DNA of 63,805 bases from Rhizaria sp. SCN 62-66 (Eukaryota), in contig MEDY01000293.1 of NCBI GenBank assembly GCA_001724265.1, forward strand, positions 1 through 63,805, read 5' to 3'. The first letter of the stretch is position 1. Every line of letters begins with the position of its first letter. The position numbers were made by a program, and so were the translations under genes. The notes beneath the pieces were generated by a model. It worked only from the letters and a program-made list of their open reading frames with translations. It had not been told where the DNA came from and did no database searches. Of this stretch, positions 1 through 10,735 are shown in pieces.

Positions 1-1386
1 GGCGGCGGCGCGGGCCCCGGGGCGGGCGGCGCGGGCGGCGGCGGCGCGGCGGGGCTGCCCGCGGGCGCGCAGACGACGCTGCTGGCGCTGCCATCGGTGC
101 TGCTGTTCGCGCACACCAGCAGCGCGGGCTCCGCGGCCTCTGCAGTTGCCGCCGCTGACGGCGGCGCGACCGGCTCCGGCTCATCCGGTTTCGGCTCTGG
201 CTCAGGCTCCGGCGCTGGCGCTGGGGCGTTGAGTCGCGGCTCGAGCGGGCTGAGCCACTGCGCCAGCGGTCTCACCGTCGGCGGCCACGGCAGCCACGGC
301 GGCGCGCTGAGCCGCGCTGGGTCGTCGTCCTCGATGCACGGCAGCGCCAGCGCGGTGGCAGCGGGCGCCGGCAGCAGTGGCAGACTCAACGGCGTCGTCG
401 TCGCCGGCCCCGGCGGCGGCAGCGGCGGCGAGGAGAGCGCGCTGGACACAGTCCTTGCGACGCTGTCGCTGTCTGGGCTGGCGCTGGGCTGGGATGACGG
501 CAAGCAGGCCGTGGTGACCGTGGCCGAGACCGTGGCGGCGATCCGCCGCGAGCTGCGCGTCATCACCGTGCTGCAGGTCCTGTCTTCGCTCGCCTACGCG
601 TCCGCGGGCGCGCTGCTGCTTTACTACGGCGCCGCCGCGCTGCGCTCCACGAAGCCTTGGCATCCGTACGGGTCCTGGCTGCGCGACGACTTCCTCACGT
701 ACGTCCAGTTCTTCGGCCTCGCCATCGTGCTCTGGCTCGTCTGGACGCCGCTGCGCTGCGGGCCGCGCTCGCGCGCGCTGTCTGAGCACTCGCCGCGGGG
801 GCGCCAGGCCGCGTGCTGCTGCGGGCTCGCGCTATGCTCATGCGCGTGCTGCCTTCGCGGCGACGAGGGCCACTTCGAGCGCGTGCACTGGGCGCAGGAG
901 GCCGAGCGCAGGCACCGCGAGGAGCAGTACCAACACTTGCTCTCGCGCGAGCAGCAGGAACACGCCGACAGCACCACTGCCGCCGCTGCTGTCGCTGCCG
1001 CTGCGGCCGCTGCCGGCGTCCGCGTTGCCGTGGCGCCCGCCCCGCCCAAGGCCTCGGTTTACGCCGCCAGCGCCAACGCCAACGCGCTGACCGCGAGCGC
1101 GAGTGTGGGTGTGGGCGCGAGCAGCAGCGGCCGCGGCGCCACGGCGCCGGGCCCGTGGAGCGCGCAGCACTCGCAGCACGCCGAGTTCCCCTCTGCGTCG
1201 TCGTTCGCGGCGCTGTACGAGGGCGAAGACTACGCCGCCGACGCCGAGGCGCGCATGCGCGCCGGCAGCAGCAACAGCGCCAACGGCAGCGTGAGTGGCG
1301 GCTACGGCAAGGGACAGAGGCGTGCGGGCTCGTACCGGCCGCCGCCGGTCGCTGGAGGGGTGCTGGGGCTCAATGGCACGCTGTAA
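1..1386 (+). CDS. 5'-truncated multi-pass membrane protein (C-terminal TM helices, Cys cluster, low-complexity tail); function unknown
   Basis: Frame 1 is open from base 1 to TAA at 1384-1386 with GC3-rich codons. Hydrophobic helices LRVITVLQVLSSLAYASAGALLLYYG and FLTYVQFFGLAIVLWLVW are followed by ACCCGLALCSCACC. An AT-rich spacer follows the stop. Confidence 0.75.
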   Translation, partial: GGGAGPGAGGAGGGGAAGLPAGAQTTLLALPSVLLFAHTSSAGSAASAVAAADGGATGSGSSGFGSGSGSGAGAGALSRGSSGLSHCASGLTVGGHGSHGGALSRAGSSSSMHGSASAVAAGAGSSGRLNGVVVAGPGGGSGGEESALDTVLATLSLSGLALGWDDGKQAVVTVAETVAAIRRELRVITVLQVLSSLAYASAGALLLYYGAAALRSTKPWHPYGSWLRDDFLTYVQFFGLAIVLWLVWTPLRCGPRSRALSEHSPRGRQAACCCGLALCSCACCLRGDEGHFERVHWAQEAERRHREEQYQHLLSREQQEHADSTTAAAAVAAAAAAAGVRVAVAPAPPKASVYAASANANALTASASVGVGASSSGRGATAPGPWSAQHSQHAEFPSASSFAALYEGEDYAADAEARMRAGSSNSANGSVSGGYGKGQRRAGSYRPPPVAGGVLGLNGTL

Positions 1387-1760
1387 GCGAGTGACAGCAA
1401 GTACGGACATGAAGTCTTGTCAGACAATGATTTATGTGTTGTATTATTGGTTATATAGACACACTTTTACCTACATTTTAAACGAGATACCTTCAAATAA
1501 ATTCGAATCAATACATTTTGAATGTTCGCATCGTCTACTGCGTGTTAGAATAAGTGAGACTTTATATCGAAGAGAAAATATGATTTTAAAATGACTATAG
1601 TTGTACAACATTCACTCTGGCCTTAATTTGACGCTGTGATAAAACAAAAAACAAGAACAAAGGCCTCAGAAATACATTCAGTATTACGAGTGCTTGAGTG
1701 AGCTCAAGCTCACTCACTCACACTAGCTCGCTGCGCCGCGACACTTGCGAGCCCGCCCGC

Positions 1761-4418
1761 TCAGTCCTCCTCGGTGATGGTGCTGAAGGTGCCGCGGTTC
1801 TGCGCCGCGCGCGCCTGGGGCGACATGAGCTGCGCGTCGCCGCCGCTGGAGCCCTTCTTGGACTTCTTGCCCTTGCTGCCGCTGGTGCCACTGCCGTCAC
1901 CGCTGCCGCTGGCGCCGGCCGCAGCCTTGCCTTCGGGCGCGGCGCCGGCCTTAGAGTTGGCCGACTGCGCGACCGAGCGCGACACGCTCTTGCGGCTCTC
2001 CTCGCGCTTGAGCACCGACTTGCGGCCAACGCGCGCCTGCGCGGCCATCTCGCGCTGCGTGGCGACCTCGTCCGCCTCGGCCGCGGTGTCGCGCGCGAGC
2101 TGCTCCGCCTCCTCGCGCTTGCGCCGCGTCTTGGAGTCCTCGGTCTCGTCCGCGTAGCCGGCGGCGCGGAGCTTGTGCTGCATGTCCATGTCCACCTCGG
2201 CCTCCTTGCGCAGGCGCTCGCGCGTCTCGGCGTCGACCAAGAGCACTTCTTCGATGCGCGCCTTGAAAAAGTTCGACACGGGCTTGGGCCCGCGGATGTC
2301 GTAGTCCTCCTCCTCGGTCTCGTCCTGGCGCTGGCAGCGGCGGAAGAAGGTCGCGCAGATCCAAGACTTGAGCAGGAGGAAGATGTAGATGACGAGGAAG
2401 ACGTTGACGATGACGAAGAAGATGGTCCACGCGTCCGTGTTGCGCAGGCGCTGCATGTCGCGATACGCGTACGTGATCAGCGTGTCTTGGAAGTACTCGT
2501 ACCGGTTGAATGAGATCTCGACGCTGACGTACTGCAGCTTGGTGCTGCCTGTGAGGTCGGGCCGCACGGGCGCCACGCATACGATGCCTAGACTGTGGTT
2601 GCTAGCGTCGACCCAGTAGGCGTTGGAGACGAGGAAGCCGCCGATACGGCACCACGGCGTGGCCACCGTCACGTCAGGCGGGTTCTTGACGCGGTCCGGC
2701 GTCACGGCGAAGTTGAAACCCATGACCGTCAGCAGCGTCGGCTCCGACATGGAGCCGATAAGCGGACTGATCCCCGTGATCTGCGTGGCGTACACATCGT
2801 CCGCCATCGACACTAGCGGGTCGTTGCGGCCCCAGACGTAGTAGTAGAGCGGCGCCTGGTCGGCCTCGCTGAGCTGCGACGACACGCGCACCATGAGCGC
2901 GAGCGGCGTCAGACACGCCTCCGTCGCGTTCGTCGGGTTCTCGATGCACGCGGGGACGGGGCACGAGATCTGGCGCCGGTTCAGCACCGTGCCCATGGTC
3001 GTCGGCACCGATGCCCACACGCCCCAGCGGCACTGGAAGCTGCGGACGAAGATGAGCCCGGTGCCGGGCGAGGCGGCATTGCCCTGCGCCATGGGCCACA
3101 GCGGCGAACTATCGTCCAGCGACGACGCCTCAATGATCTGCATGTCCGAGGACTCGACCGCGGCCAGGTTGAGCGTCACGGCCTTGTCGAAGGTCAGCGT
3201 GACGGTGCCGCCGCCGCCGCGGAAGCCGAGGAGCGGGGCGACCGTGGAGACGTTGAGCGACGTCTCGAGGATGGTGAGGCCGAGCAGCGGGACAACAACA
3301 TCCGTGTACGCCGGGTCCGCGGTCGTGACCGTGCCCATGGACCGCTGGAACACCATGGCACCCTCGACGACGTTGTCGAGCACCGCGGTGTAGATGACAC
3401 TGATGTTTTGGTACGCCGTCTCCGTGAAGGTCACCACGGCCGGCGAAACGGAGAACTGGGAGGGCACGGAAAAGAGCGTAAGTACAACGTCGGCCGCGGG
3501 CTTGGTGGCGAGGAAGAAAGTCGTCTCGAGACTGGCACCTTCCTTGAGAGTGAAGACGGAGGTCGTGACGCGGAGCTCCGGCGCGTCGTTGTCAGCAATG
3601 TAAAACTTGATAGTATCGTAGGTCCACGTCGTGAACGTGTCATCAAACGTCAATTTCATAATTTGCGTGCGGTTGAAGTCGATCAAGTCGTTGGGAATCG
3701 CAGTGAAAACCACGGCTTGCGTCTCAAAGAAGTTAGCAGGAGTGAAGGTTATCGACGCGACCGAGGCTTGCATGCCGGACTCGGCGGCCATGCCGGAGGA
3801 CGGGTCGTCAAAGGTGAAGGTAATGGTCAAGTCGGTCAGAGGCGCGGACGAGAGCGAGTACTGAAATGTAAGCTAACTGCCTTCAGTGACGTTGGCGGCC
3901 ATGTTGGGCGGCTCCGAGTACAGATCCGAGCTGAGGAGCTCGACGGCGGCGGTGATGTGGAGGTTGACCGTGATGGTAAGAGAGCATGTCGGCTGCGAGC
4001 CGCCAGTAATCACCAGATAGGAATAGACACACGAAAAGGAGTACTCACCAGCCGGTACCGCGGCCACAGTCTCCACGTAAATGGTCGTGGATGCGCCGCT
4101 AACGATGTCTGTATCCACGGTGCGGAGGGCGAAGAAGTCGGTGGGGACAATCGTAGTCGGTGGCGGTGGCGGGGTTGACGTAAGAGTGCAGCTATATGTG
4201 TCCAATGAGGCCGTGTCGCTGCCGGTGTTAGTCAGGGTCACGGGAACAGAGTAGGCTGCGGACGGGCCGGTCACTACCGCAGGGCTCGGCGACACGGTCA
4301 CAACGTGAGACTCGCACTGCGCCTGCGACAGCTGTGCAAACACTGCGAGCAGCAGCGCTAGCAGCAGCGGCAGCGTGCGGGACAGCGAGCCGCCGCGCGC
4401 AAAAGCCAGGGCATGCAT
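1761..4418 (-). CDS. Type-I membrane/surface protein, ~885 aa (signal peptide, Calx-beta/Ig-like repeats, IPT/TIG domains, one TM, charged tail); contains an in-frame TAG at 3873-3875
   Basis: ORFs 3873..4418 and 1761..3830 share a frame and are separated only by one TAG. N-terminal signal peptide LPLLLALLLAVFAQLSQA. Repeats VTEGS*LTFQYSLSSAPLTDLTIT and LKEGASLETTFFLATKPAADVVLT. IPT-like starts VSTVAPLLGFRGGGGTVTL and ITGISPLIGSMSEPTLLTVMGFNF. TM AWTIFFVIVNVFLVIYIFLLL. Ends in TGA. Confidence 0.75.
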
Positions 4419-5335
4419 TGTGTTGTTGTGACAAAGCAGGCGAACGAGAAGCGTTCAGAGCAATACAGTTGCTTGCTTTCCTTTTGGCCTCGCAGCAGGC
4501 GGGCTCGGATGAGGTGGGCGGGTGCTCAACAGGGGAGTGGAGCACAACCTGGTAAGCAAATGTAGCGGACAAGAGCCAAGAGCGAGCTAGGCGGACGCCG
4601 CGGAGGGAAGAACCGAGGTCAAGCAAGGGAAATAGGGTCGCAGGGAGGGAGAGAGTATCGAGTGCAGCCAGTTTGAATTGAGACGATGAGTTGGTGGGCA
4701 ACATGAGACAGAGACAGAAATACAAATTAAGATAAAGATTAATGAAAGAGATTTGTTACATCTACAGATAAAATAATTTTTATCAACGGCCCCCATCCGG
4801 CGCACGGAGCACGAATGTGCTGCAACTCTACGAGCGTAACGTACACACTGCACTGACTGTGAGAGAACCGAGTGGGATGGTTAGACAGCCGGTTCGACCG
4901 AAGACCGGCTAAACTTCGAGACACACAGAGAGAGGCGCCCGTTCAAATTGGGCCCGGGCTATTCTTTCCGTTATCGCGGTTATGAGAGCGAGATAGGGGT
5001 AAAGATTTTTTATGCGGGGCTCTTTCGTTGGTGTGTATCATTAACATGCTATACTTTTGTGCGTTACAGTTGTTTGCGGGGAGGATTCAGTGACACGCGA
5101 CCGATTTTAGAGAGATCGAGTGCGGCAACGGCCAGATGTTCGCGAGCCACCTTACGACGCACTCCTGCGCCTCTTTTTCCCTTTCTTGACACATTCTACT
5201 ACTACGGATATAGTCTTTCAGAGCTTGTGTATGGTATCCTGCGTGAAAATGACTTCAACTCACCCCGATTGGCCGTTGTTTGACGTGTTCTTTTTGTCGT
5301 ACTTCATGTTTCTCCCCAAAAGACCTTCGCCCGTC

Positions 5336-6985
5336 ATGTCGTTCATGATGCAGCCGCGAATTGTCCTCCTGAAAGAGGGTACGGACACTTCCCAGGGACG
5401 GGGTCAGCTGATCTCCAACATCAACGCCTGCGAGGCCGTTTTTGAGATCCTCAAGACCACCCTGGGCCCCTGCGGCATGGACAAGCTCATCTACAACGAG
5501 GGCAACGGCCGCGAGAACGTCACCATCTCCAACGACGGTGCCACGATCATCAAGCTGCTCGACATCGTGCACCCTGCCGCCAAGACGCTCGTCGACATTG
5601 CGCGCTCGCAGGACACCGAGGTCGGCGACGGCACGACGACGGTGACGCTGCTCGCGGGCGAGTTCCTCCGCCAGGTCAAGACCTTCATCGAGGACGGCAT
5701 GCACCCGCGCATCATCATCCAGGGCTACCGCCTCGCTGTCGCCGAGGCGCTGTCGAAGCTGCGCGCGCTTGCCGTGCCCGTTGACAAGGACGACCCGGAG
5801 AAGTTTTACACGATGCTTACGCGCTGCGCCGGCACCGCGCTCAACTCGAAGCTCATCTCTGGCCAGAAGGCCTTCTTCTCCAAGATTGCCGTCGACGCCA
5901 TCATGCAGATCAAGGAGTCGCTCGACCTCAACAAGATCGGCATGAAGCGCGTCGCCGGTGGCTCCGTCACTGACTCGATCCTCGTCGAGGGCGTTGCCTT
6001 CCAGAAGACCTTCGTCTACGCCGGCTTCGAGCAGCAGCCCAAGAAGTTCATCGACGCCCGCGTCGCGTGCCTCAACGTCGAGCTGGAGCTCTCTAAGGAG
6101 CGCAACAACGCCGAGGTTCGCGTCACCGACATCAAGCAGTACCAGGAGATCGTCGAGGCCGAGTGGTCCATCATCTACCGCAAGCTCGACCAGATTGTCA
6201 AGTCCGGCGCCAAGATCGTGCTCTCCACGCGCCCTATCGGCGACCTCGCCACGCAGTACTTCGCGGACCGCGACATCTTCTGCGCCGGCCGCGTCGCTTC
6301 GCTCGACATGGACCGCGTGTGCGCCGCCACGGGCGCCGTGATCCAGACCTCGCTCGGCGACCTCTCGGACGCCGTGCTCGGCAGGGTCGGGCTATTCGAG
6401 GAGCGCCAGGTCGGCTCCGAGCGCTTCAACTTCTTCGAGCGCTGCCCCGGCGCCAAGACGGCGACGATCATCCTCCGCGGTGGCTCCGAGCAGTTCATCG
6501 CTGAGGCGGAGCGCTCGCTGCACGACTCGATCATGATCGTCAAGCGCGCCGTGACGCACAATGCCGTCGTCGGCGGCGGCGGCGCGATCGAGATGGAGCT
6601 CGCGCGCCACCTGCGCACCTACGCCAAGACGATCAAGAGCAAGGTGCAGCTCGTGGTGCAGGCCTACGCCAAGGCGCTCGAGGTGATCCCGCGCCAGCTC
6701 TCCGACAACGCCGGCTTCGACTCAACCGACATCGTCAACAAGCTCACCGCGGCGCACACCGCCGGCCAGACATGGGCGGGCGTCGACATCGAGAACGAGG
6801 ACATCTGCGACACGTTCGAGGCCTTCGTTTGGGAGCCGTCTTTGATCAAGATGAACGCGCTGTCCGCCGCCACCGAGGCCGCGTGCCTGATCCTGTCGGT
6901 CGATGAGACTGTCAAGAACCCCGCGGCGCAGGGCATCGAGGACAACCGCCTCGCTAAGTCCGCCGGCGGCCAGTGGAACAAGTAA
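5336..6985 (+). CDS. CCT7: T-complex protein 1 subunit eta (chaperonin CCT), ~549 aa
   Basis: N-terminus [29 protein letters not shown] is typical of the eta subunit. Chaperonin motifs [22 protein letters not shown], and C-terminal [21 protein letters not shown] at 5336, TAA stop. Confidence 0.95.
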   Translation: MSFMMQPRIVLLKEGTDTSQGRGQLISNINACEAVFEILKTTLGPCGMDKLIYNEGNGRENVTISNDGATIIKLLDIVHPAAKTLVDIARSQDTEVGDGTTTVTLLAGEFLRQVKTFIEDGMHPRIIIQGYRLAVAEALSKLRALAVPVDKDDPEKFYTMLTRCAGTALNSKLISGQKAFFSKIAVDAIMQIKESLDLNKIGMKRVAGGSVTDSILVEGVAFQKTFVYAGFEQQPKKFIDARVACLNVELELSKERNNAEVRVTDIKQYQEIVEAEWSIIYRKLDQIVKSGAKIVLSTRPIGDLATQYFADRDIFCAGRVASLDMDRVCAATGAVIQTSLGDLSDAVLGRVGLFEERQVGSERFNFFERCPGAKTATIILRGGSEQFIAEAERSLHDSIMIVKRAVTHNAVVGGGGAIEMELARHLRTYAKTIKSKVQLVVQAYAKALEVIPRQLSDNAGFDSTDIVNKLTAAHTAGQTWAGVDIENEDICDTFEAFVWEPSLIKMNALSAATEAACLILSVDETVKNPAAQGIEDNRLAKSAGGQWNK

Positions 6986-7667
6986 TTAATGCAATCCGGA
7001 CGTTAAACAAAAACAAAAACAAAAAACGATGAGAAAAACAATTTCCGTGTACAAGAATGCGAGCAAGGAACAGGCTTATAAGTGCGGTGCTATGATGTAT
7101 GTGACACCGTGAACGTGTCACACAAGAGCTTCTGTTGCTGTTGCTGCTGTTGTTCCCTTTCTTTTTGTTCAGTATTTGTTTCTCCGTTCTGTTGAGTTTA
7201 TTTTCGTTGCATTTTGCCAGTTCTAGTTCACAAGTTCTAAGTAGTAGTCTTAAGTAGTCGTATAGTGGAGTGACCGTGATTGATTGAGTGAGTGAGTCAG
7301 GGGGCGGGGGCGGTGCGAGTGATCGCGCCGTCTCCAGAGTGAGCGCGCACGCAAAGCATACGCACACACGCAGTGTCGCGGGGCGGACAATCTTTCACGA
7401 TCACACAACAACCGCAACCAACAACAAAAATTACAGTTTACTGTAGTATGTATACCCGTTATCATATGTAATAATACAAAAAACACGAACCTTAAATAAA
7501 TAGCACAACATATCAATCACAAGAACAAGAGCAATGTTGCAAAAGAAGCACTCATTTTTGTTCACTTTTGTATTCCTTTCTTGCTGACCATCTTACGACG
7601 GAGAATCAATCAATGCGTGCAATTTTGCAAGCTTTCCAAAGGTCATCGTAATCACACACGTACTCCC

Positions 7668-10339
7668 TCACTGCGCGCCCCCCGCGGCCGCGGCGGCCGC
7701 GGCCGCCTTCTTGCTCTTGATGTGTTCGAGGATCATCTTGTAGCGCGCGAAGCACTGCGCGCGCGTCTTGCCGGGCACGCGGCCTGCGACGACGGCCCAG
7801 CGGTCCGGCGCGTCCTTGGACACGGTCCGCAGCGCGTCTTCGAAGCACGCCTGCTGCGAGGCCGACCACACGTCCGTCGCCGCTCCCGCCACGGCCGCCG
7901 CCGTCGCCGCGGCTGTCGCGGCGGCCGCGGGGGACGCGCCCGTGCCAGGAGCCGGCGCGGTCGCAGCGGCGGCGGCAGCAGGGGCGGCGGCCTTACAGGT
8001 GCTGCTGCTGCTGCTGCTGCTACTCTTCTTGTCATCAGACTTGTCCTTATCCTTCTTATCATCCTTTTTCGCACTGACACCGTTGGCGCTGACACTGGTA
8101 CTGGTACTGGTACTGGCGCTGGCGCTGGCGCTGGCGCTGGTGCTGGTGGCGTCGCCGTCGCCCGCGAGCAGCAGGTGCCCCTGCGCGGCGCGCCTGTTGT
8201 GCGCGACGGCGGCCTCCATCTCGCGCAGCACGCGCTCCCTAAATTGCGCCATCTGCACGTTGTCCCCACCCGAGCCCATGCTCTGCGCCAGCTCCTGGTC
8301 CTTGACGCGCCGCAGCACGTCCTTCTCGCTCTTGGAGCCCACCAGCGCGGATACCTTAGCCCAGCGGTCGCGCGAGCCCGCGGGGACTTTTTCCATCGCC
8401 TTGATCAGCGTGCCGAGCTCCGGAATCGTCCACTTGCCGCTCGCCGCAGCCGCGGTCGTCGCGGCCGCTGCCGCCGCCGCACCGGTCTCGCTCTCGTCCT
8501 CAGCGGCGGCGGCGGCGGGGTTGGTCGCGACGCGAGCGCGCGCGCGCTCTGCGACGGCGGCAACGGCGGGCATCGCGGCCAGCGCGCCCTGCGCCAGCGC
8601 CGCGCGCGGGTCCGCGAGGTTGATCTTGGCCTCCTTGAGCGCGGCCTCGACCGCGACTTGCGCGGGCTCGTCTTCGGCCAGCACCTCGACCATCGCCGTT
8701 GCCACGGCTGCGGCGGCAAAGCCCGAGGCGGCCGCAAGCGCGGGTTCGCGCGCAAAGAGCAACCGCAGCATCTGCCGCCGCTGCAGCAGTCCGGCGGCGC
8801 GTGCGCGGGCCCGGGCCTCGGCCTCGGCAGCAGCGGCCGCAGCGGCGCGCGCCTCGGCCGCGGCGGCGGCGGCTGCGTCGGCATCGGCCTTCTTCTTGTC
8901 ATACGCGCGCTTCTTGGCGAGCTTCTTCTCCTCCTGCTCGTAGGCGCGCAGAAAGTGGAGCCGCGGGTCCGCGCTCTCGGCCGCCGTGACGAGGCGGCGC
9001 AGACGCGCGATCTCCTCCTTCTTGAGCAGCTCGCGGTTCTTCTTGTTCTTCTGCGCCACGTGCCGGCGCTCGTCGCGCGACGCCGAGTCGCCCACGCGCT
9101 CAGTGTCGCCGCGCGCGAACTCACGCCACGACTTGAACCCGCCCCAGAACGAGTAGAAGGCGCGCACCTGCGAGGGAAACCGCGGGATAACAAAAAGAAA
9201 AGGACGGCATACAAGGCAAAATAAACGTGAGAATCACGGGTTAAAGCAAAACGACAGTCAGTAATAGCAATTTACATGCAAATAAATTAAAATTTAGAAC
9301 TTATAATTGCAAAGAGACTTTAAATCATCGAGATATATTTGCAATTGCAGAACTGGTTTGTCGCGTGTCGTACCTGGCTCCAGGGCGCGTCCGCGGCGCC
9401 CAGTGCCGGCACGGGCTTGACCTGCGAGTAGCGCGCGTTAAGCGCGAACACGGGCGCGAACTGCGAGAGGAACATCTCCGTCGCCGCGGGCTCGAACGCG
9501 ACGGCCGTGGCGGCGTCGGCGGGCGGCGCGTCCGGCCTGGCGACGGCCTCATTGGCGGCCAGCGCGGCGGCGGCTGCGAGCACCTGCATCACGGGCTTGT
9601 CCAGCGGGAGCGGAATCCAGTCGTCCATCTTGTACTCTGAGTCGTAATCCACGCGCAGCGTCGGGTTCGTCAGGATCTCGAAGCCTGAAGAGGACAGAGC
9701 AAACGAACAAGTAGCATGCGAGAGTAAGAAGCAAGATGAATGAATGAATGAATGAGATCAGTATAAGAGTAAATAGCAATAAATATCCAAGAATTATACC
9801 AGCACATTCAATATTTCGTTCTTGTAAAGACGGTATGTTGTTTACGTACCCTTCTGCAGCGCCTTGAAGCGGAGCTCTGCGGCGGCGCGCTGCTTGGGCG
9901 TGGCTTTGTCGGGATGCAGCAGCAGGTTAATCTTGCGATACTTGGCGCGAATCTCGCTGTCCGTGGCGTCGAGCGCGCGGTCCGCAAGGTCGAGCAGCCC
10001 ATAGTAATCGCTGTTGTGGCAGCGGCGCAGCCTGCGCGCGAGGCGGTCGTCGTCGTCCGCGGCGGCGTCGGCGGCCGCGCGGGCGTCCTCGCCCTGCGCG
10101 TCGATGATGGGTGGGAAAAACAGCCGGTGCGCGGCCGCGCCCACGCGCTCAAAGCCCGTAAATAGCTCCAGGGGCAAGAGTGCTGCCGCGGTCACGGCCA
10201 CGGGCTCGTCCTCGTCCTCTGAGTCGTCCTCCTCCGCAGCGGCCGCAGGTGAGGCAGACTCAGGCGCAGGGGGTAGGGAATAAGCCATATAAGGCCCGAA
10301 GAACGGGTCCTCAAGCAGAGCCCGAATAGCGGTTGACAT
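7668..10339 (-). CDS. DNAJC2: Zuotin/MPP11 ribosome-associated J-protein, ~766 aa; exons 10339-9850, 9684-9374, 9167-7668
   Basis: J domain with HPD (DYYGLLDL...LLLHPDK). Splicing joins KALQK-GFEILTNPTLRVDYDS and WSQ-VRAFYSFWGGFKSWREF (zuotin homology domain). Two C-terminal SANT/Myb repeats (KWTIPEL...RWAKVS; WSASQQACFEDAL...RWAVVAGRVPGKTRAQCFARYK). Exons total 2301 nt, in frame. TGA stop. Confidence 0.92.
9168..9373 (-). other. Spliceosomal intron 2 of DNAJC2 (206 nt)
   Basis: Donor CAG|GTACGA, acceptor CCTCGCAG|GTG, AT-rich, and restores the zuotin reading frame. Confidence 0.88.
9685..9849 (-). other. Spliceosomal intron 1 of DNAJC2 (165 nt), contains a short (TGAA)n tract
   Basis: Donor G|GTACGT, acceptor CCTCTTCAG|GC, phase 1, and restores J-domain helix III-IV. 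Confidence 0.88.
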
Positions 10340-10735
10340 ATAACTTCACGGTAAATCTTTCGCGTAACGCGCAGCCTTGTTGACGATCGTGTCGTGTCGA
10401 ACGCAAACACTTCGATCAACGCGTACTCCTCTCTGCCGTCCGCACTGTCGCGGAGTCAACAGGACACTCGGTTTGTGGTGCGCCACAAGTTTAGGCAACT
10501 ATAGAGTTCATATAGCATCTATTAAGATTAACTCAGGAGTATCTTGGTAAAGTAACTGATTCATAAAATTTACTCAATCATTGATACACACATTCTTCAT
10601 TAGCATGTGGTATAGAGTGAATGATGTATTGTGAGGTGACACTTAATGATGTCATGCTTTGGGCTAAATAACGGTCTATGTAATAATTTCAAAAGTATAA
10701 GTAACAAAAATAAGAGCGCTGAAACAAACAAACGC

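Noticed and set aside
3861-3890. A micro-intron removing the in-frame TAG
   Set aside because: GTTAGC...TTTCAG (17 nt) and the GC-AG option (20 nt) shift the frame. The frame-preserving 30-nt or 18-nt options need a GTCACT donor, unlike the GTACG/GTATG/GTGAG/GTAAG donors seen here, are far shorter than the other introns (57-550 nt), and would delete the repeat's VxEG motif. Disfavoured but not formally excluded.
4888-4911. Hairpin AGCCGGT...ACCGGCT containing GGTTCGA, as a possible tRNA (also GGTTCAA near 45397)
   Set aside because: No cloverleaf, D-arm or acceptor stem can be built. I found no tRNA, including a CUA suppressor, in the window.
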